Assembly: GCA_016285145.1 (NCBI GenBank)
Contig: JAEEQE010000011.1
Location: forward strand, 363 to 64,362
Direction: 5' to 3'
Length of the DNA: 64,000 bases
Source of the DNA: Bacteroidales bacterium
Lineage (GTDB): Bacteria; Bacteroidota; Bacteroidia; Bacteroidales; WCHB1-69
Positions 59,679 through 64,000 of this stretch are shown here, in pieces. The notes under the pieces are model-generated. The model made no database searches and was not told where the DNA came from. It was given only the letters and a program-made list of their open reading frames with translations. How positions within the stretch are numbered: the stretch's first letter is position 1; the number at the start of each line of letters is the position of its first letter. A program made the position numbers and the translations under genes.

Positions 59679-61283
59679 TTGGCTACTAAACAATACAACG
59701 GTTGGATTCTGTTCCTCTATCTGCTTATCGCATTCTTATTCGGAGTGTCGGTAGCGGTGAACTTTTTACCTTCCAAAAAGCAGACATACGCACATCGTCA
59801 GCTAAGCAAGCTGGATGAGGTGTTGCATTATATTGATGCTTATTACGTGGATTCGGTGGATATGGATTCGGTGTATGACTTGGCCATCAGCACAGTGTTG
59901 CAAAGTCTGGATCCGCACTCCGCCTATTCCTCTTTTGAAGATAATAAAACCATGATGGAATCGCTGAACGGGGCGTTTGAAGGAGTGGGCATACAGTTCA
60001 ACATCATGAACGACACGGTGATGGTGATAGCCACCATTTCGGGCGGACCTTCGGAGAAGGCGGGTGTGCGCGCCGGCGACCGCATCGTGAGTGTGGACGG
60101 AAAATCCATGATAAAAGCAACAAACGAACAGGTTTTTAAAATGTTGCGTGGCAAGAAGGGCACCAAGGTGAAGATGGGTATCCGGCGGCCCGGATTTTCA
60201 GAGACCTATACATACGAGGTGAAACGCGACGTAATTCCGACGTATACTGTAGATGTGGCGTATATGTTGGACAAGCAGACGGGATACATCCGGCTGAATG
60301 AGTTTGGAGCCACCACGACGGAAGAATTCCGGAAGGCCATTACCAAGCTGCAGCGCAGTGGGATGCGGCAGATGGTGCTGGACCTGCGTGGCAATGCGGG
60401 CGGGTTTCTGGACGCGGCCATCGGTGTGTGCGACGAGCTGCTTCCCAACCAGCAGCGCATCGTGTCGGTAGAGGGGTTGAAAGTGCGGCCCGAAATCTTC
60501 AAAGCCACCCGCAGGGGCAGTTTTGAACAAGGCGCGGTAGTGATCCTCATTGATGATTTCAGCGCCTCGGCCTCCGAGATTGTGGCAGGTGCCGTGCAGG
60601 ACAACGACCGCGGCTATGTGGTGGGTCGCCGTTCCTTTGGCAAGGGGTTGGTGCAGAGACAATTCGACCTGTCCGACAAATCCACCATACGGCTTACCAC
60701 AGCCCGTTATCATACGCCCAGTGGACGATGCATCCAGCGCGATTACCGCAAAGGCATCGAAGCCTACTATGAGGAACTTTATGAACGGTACTTGCGCGGC
60801 GAGATGGAAAATGCCGACAGTATTAAGATGGATAAAACATTGGAGTACAAGACTGTGGGTGGTCGTAGCGTGTATGGCGGCGGCGGTGTCATGCCTGACT
60901 ATTTCGTGCCCCTTGACCGCGGCAACGCCTTGGACGGCTATTACCAGGTGGCCAACACCGCCGCCCTCAACCAGTATTCCTTCCATTATACGAACAGTCA
61001 CAAAGAATCGTTGACGAAAGCTTATCCGAATGCCGCTTCTTTTGTGTCTAAAATGACCGTCACGGATGCGCAAATCAGCGAACTGCTGCGGTATTATCAA
61101 ACCTTAAGCAAACAACAGGCTCCAACGCTCTCCACAGAATCCAGAAAGGAACTGAAAGTGTGGTTGAAGGCTCTTATCGGGCGCAACCTCTACGGCAACG
61201 ATGCCTTCTATCCCGTTATCAACCAATCCGACAAGACCATAGCCAAGGCTTTGGAGGTGATAGGGGATGTGAAGACGGAATAA
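59679..61283 (+). CDS. S41 C-terminal processing peptidase with PDZ domain
   Basis: LDPHSAY, FEGVGIQF, LDLRGNAGG, SASASEIVAGAVQD, SFGKGLVQ. Confidence 0.94.
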   Translation: MATKQYNGWILFLYLLIAFLFGVSVAVNFLPSKKQTYAHRQLSKLDEVLHYIDAYYVDSVDMDSVYDLAISTVLQSLDPHSAYSSFEDNKTMMESLNGAFEGVGIQFNIMNDTVMVIATISGGPSEKAGVRAGDRIVSVDGKSMIKATNEQVFKMLRGKKGTKVKMGIRRPGFSETYTYEVKRDVIPTYTVDVAYMLDKQTGYIRLNEFGATTTEEFRKAITKLQRSGMRQMVLDLRGNAGGFLDAAIGVCDELLPNQQRIVSVEGLKVRPEIFKATRRGSFEQGAVVILIDDFSASASEIVAGAVQDNDRGYVVGRRSFGKGLVQRQFDLSDKSTIRLTTARYHTPSGRCIQRDYRKGIEAYYEELYERYLRGEMENADSIKMDKTLEYKTVGGRSVYGGGGVMPDYFVPLDRGNALDGYYQVANTAALNQYSFHYTNSHKESLTKAYPNAASFVSKMTVTDAQISELLRYYQTLSKQQAPTLSTESRKELKVWLKALIGRNLYGNDAFYPVINQSDKTIAKALEVIGDVKTE

Positions 61284-61315
61284 AAAAAAGGACGCGGAAA
61301 CCGCGTCCTTTTTTT
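61283..61315. terminator. Bidirectional intrinsic terminator
   Basis: aaaaaaaggacgcgg-aaa-ccgcgtccttttttt. Confidence 0.9.
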
Positions 61316-61333
61316 CAGTGAAATCATGAACTG

Positions 61334-62251
61334 TTATTTGTTCACTTGGAATTTCTTGTCACCGTTGACGAAGAAGTTCACAATCTGGTTGGCGGCGGCC
61401 AAACCGGCGTTGATGTTGGCCTCGGCGGTTTCGGCACCCTGTTTTTTCGGGGTGGCGAAGAAGCGTTTCTCAAACTTGCTGAACTCTTCCATGGCATCGG
61501 GAGCGATGTCGGTGCAGTATTTGAGGTCTTCGCGCTCAGCCATCAGGGCGATGAGTTCTTCCTCGTTGATGACTTCCTTGCGGGCGGTGTTGATCACGCA
61601 GCCGCCTTTCGGCATCAGACCTACCAGAGCCTTGTTGATGGACTTCTTAGTCTGGTCGTTGGCCGGGATGTGCAGGGAAATGTAATTGCAGTTCTTGTAC
61701 ATCTCTTCGAGGGTAGCCGGAACGACAACGCCTTCGGCTTCCATCTTCTCTTTCGGCACAAACGGGTCGAAGGCCCAGACTTCCATACCGAGGGCGCGGG
61801 CCTTTTCAGCCACGAGGCGACCCACGTTGCCGTAAGCCTGGATACCGACTTTCTTGCCCTTCAGCTCGGCGCCGGTGCCGGGTTTGAAAGTGTTGCGGGC
61901 CATGTAGATCATCATGCCGAGGGCGAGTTCGGCCACGGCGTTGGAGTTTTGGCCGGGGGTGTTCATCGCCACGATGTTGTTGGCGGTGCAGGCGGCAAGG
62001 TCGAGGTTGTCGAAGCCGGCGCCGGCGCGCACGACCACCTTGAGATTCTTGGCGGCATCAATCACTTGGGCCGTCACTTTGTCGGAGCGGACGATCATAG
62101 CGTCCACGTCGGCGACAGCGGCGTAGAGTTCTTCGGGAGTCTCGTATTTCTCCAGCAGAACTAATTCATAACCCGCTTTTTCCACGATAGCGCGAATGCC
62201 ATCGACAGCGGCTTTTGCAAAAGGTTTTTGGGTTGCAACTAATACTTTCAT
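61334..62251 (-). CDS. serA: D-3-phosphoglycerate dehydrogenase (short form)
   Basis: RAGAGFDN, NTPGQNSNAVAEL, AYGNVG, INTAR; downstream of serC. Confidence 0.9.
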   Translation of the reverse strand: MKVLVATQKPFAKAAVDGIRAIVEKAGYELVLLEKYETPEELYAAVADVDAMIVRSDKVTAQVIDAAKNLKVVVRAGAGFDNLDLAACTANNIVAMNTPGQNSNAVAELALGMMIYMARNTFKPGTGAELKGKKVGIQAYGNVGRLVAEKARALGMEVWAFDPFVPKEKMEAEGVVVPATLEEMYKNCNYISLHIPANDQTKKSINKALVGLMPKGGCVINTARKEVINEEELIALMAEREDLKYCTDIAPDAMEEFSKFEKRFFATPKKQGAETAEANINAGLAAANQIVNFFVNGDKKFQVNK

Positions 62252-62279
62252 TATTCTGATTATTAAATTGTTAAATCAT

Positions 62280-62710
62280 TAAGATATTAAATTATTTTTT
62301 GCCTTTTTCTATTTCGAGATTGTTTTTTGCTGTTTTTAAACTTTTTGTGAGCATATTAATAATGAAATTCAATTCTTTTATCAATTCATCATACTCTTCC
62401 AAAGTTATTAAACCGCTATCCTTCAACAATCTTAACCAGTAATTTGATTCCCTTGCTTCTTTCAGTGATATATGAAATTTCGCAATGAAGTCATTAGTTG
62501 ACTGTGCTCCAGATGCCTCTTCTATATTGGCTCCTATTGATGTTCCGGATTTGGCAAGTTGCTTTGAAATGATATATTCCTTTTCTTCAATCTGCAATTT
62601 TCTGCATAAAAGAATGATTTTTAGAGCAAATTGATAAGAATTATCCTTCAAAGCATCCTTCTTGCCATCTTCAGACATTATAGTTTAATATTTAATAATT
62701 TAATATCTTA
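62280..62710. repeat. Perfect 17-bp inverted repeat (TAAGATATTAAATTATT at 62280-62296; AATAATTTAATATCTTA at 62694-62710) flanking the four-helix-bundle gene
   Basis: Read directly; both arms sit inside degenerate 7-8-bp periodic arrays. Confidence 0.85.
62292..62678 (-). CDS. Four-helix-bundle protein (23S rRNA IVS-protein / TIGR02436-like family)
   Basis: SYQFALKII...QLAKSGTSIGANIEEA...DFIAKFHISLKEARESNYWLRLL; AT-rich. Confidence 0.92.
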   Translation of the reverse strand: MSEDGKKDALKDNSYQFALKIILLCRKLQIEEKEYIISKQLAKSGTSIGANIEEASGAQSTNDFIAKFHISLKEARESNYWLRLLKDSGLITLEEYDELIKELNFIINMLTKSLKTAKNNLEIEKGKK

Positions 62711-62717
62711 GTAAATA

Positions 62718-63836
62718 CTATTTATTTGCCTTCTCAAACTCTTGCATACAAGCGACGAGAGCTTCGACATCTTCCACAGTACAGGCGTTGTAGAGGGAGG
62801 CGCGGAAACCGCCCACGGAACGGTGACCCTTGATGCCGATCATGCCGCGCTCTTTGGCGAAAGCCATGAAAGCATCCTGCTTGTCTTCGTAACCGGGAGC
62901 CATCACCCAGCAATGGTTCATGATGGAACGGTCGGCTTTGTCGGCCACGGTGCCCACGAACATGCTGTTGCGGTCGATTTCTTCGTACAGGAGGTTGGAT
63001 TTCTTCATGTTGATTTTGTTCATTTCCTCAACGCCGCCGATGGTGTTCTTCAGCCAGGTGAGGGTTTCATGCATCACGAAGATGGGCAGCACAGGAGGTG
63101 TGTTGAACATGGAGATGTTCTTGGCTTCCTCTGCGGCGTGCGTGCGGTAGTCCACCATGGTGGGCAGCGGGTTCATGTAAGCGCGGTCGCCGATCTGGCC
63201 GAGGATGTCCTTGCGTACAATGACAAAGGTAACGCCGGCAGGACCCACGTTCTTCTGCGCACCACCGTAGATGAGACCGTATTTGGTCACGTCAACGGGA
63301 CGGCTCATGATATCGGAACTCATGTCGGCCACGAGCATCACATTGTTGCACTCTTCAGCGGTGAAGTCTTTGCGGATCTCGGTACCATAGATGGTGTTGT
63401 TGGTTGTGATGTGGAAATAGTCGGCATCAGCGGGAACGGTCCATCCTTTCGGGATGTAGTTGTAAGTCTTGTCTTCGGAAGAGGCGATGATCTCCGTTTT
63501 ACCGAAATTCTTGGCTTCTTTGGCGGCTTTCTTAGCCCAAACGCCGGTCTGCAGATAGGCGGCTTTGGTCTTCATCAGGTTGGCAGGCACCATGAAGAAC
63601 TGGGTGCTGGCACCACCACCGAGGAAGAGCACCTCGTAATTGTCGGGGATGTTGAGCAGGTCGCGCCACAGTTGGCGGGTCTCAGCCATAACACGCTCCC
63701 AACCCGGAGTACGATGGGAGATTTCCATCAGACCTACACCGGTGTTGTCAAAATTGCGGATGGCGTTGATTGTGGATTCAACGGCTTCTTTCGGAAGGAC
63801 GCACGGTCCCGCATTAAAATTATGCACTTCTTTCAT
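62718..63836 (-). CDS. serC: Phosphoserine aminotransferase
   Basis: HNFNAGPC, FLGGGASTQF, GAQKNVGPAG, FNTPP, GHRSVGGFRAS. Confidence 0.97.
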   Translation of the reverse strand: MKEVHNFNAGPCVLPKEAVESTINAIRNFDNTGVGLMEISHRTPGWERVMAETRQLWRDLLNIPDNYEVLFLGGGASTQFFMVPANLMKTKAAYLQTGVWAKKAAKEAKNFGKTEIIASSEDKTYNYIPKGWTVPADADYFHITTNNTIYGTEIRKDFTAEECNNVMLVADMSSDIMSRPVDVTKYGLIYGGAQKNVGPAGVTFVIVRKDILGQIGDRAYMNPLPTMVDYRTHAAEEAKNISMFNTPPVLPIFVMHETLTWLKNTIGGVEEMNKINMKKSNLLYEEIDRNSMFVGTVADKADRSIMNHCWVMAPGYEDKQDAFMAFAKERGMIGIKGHRSVGGFRASLYNACTVEDVEALVACMQEFEKANK

Positions 63837-64000
63837 AATTAATTGGTTATGTGTTTTTTATAATAAAATGATTGATTTTTTTTTCTTCGGCAAAGATACA
63901 AAATATATCAGATAAAACAATCTTTCCAAATAAGAGTTATTTTATTGATATAAAGACTGTTAATAAAATATGACACAAAATCGGTCCAAAAGGGGAAGAG

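Overview
A 64-kb chromosomal window from a Bacteroidales-type bacterium, judged by TAnnTTTG promoter elements, a coaX-OMP-TPR-lptC cluster and a long Ala-rich S16. Bases 1-11966 are a type I restriction-modification locus: hsdM (3' part), hsdS, hsdR and an M48/YgjP peptidase. It is interleaved with five accessory genes: two AlbA_2/Schlafen-HATPase-wHTH proteins, a 64-aa Zn-ribbon protein, an AT-rich dGTPase and a BroN-Fic. The locus shows signs of cassette insertion: a vestigial duplicate of the hsdR 5' end, inverted heptamer arrays and a 14x11-bp tandem array. The rest is mostly housekeeping: metG, fadD, scpA, tdk, purC, alaS, tRNA-Lys, folE, purN, ftsQAZ, nadK, buk, rimM, rpsP, lptC, coaX, ogt, prmA, DAHP synthase/chorismate mutase, S41 protease, serA and serC. 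Two small AT-rich insertions interrupt it: an orphan lysozyme-like/lipoprotein pair (44.1-45.1 kb) and a four-helix-bundle gene bracketed by a perfect 17-bp inverted repeat inside the serC-serA operon. All product calls come from motifs read by eye; no database search was run.
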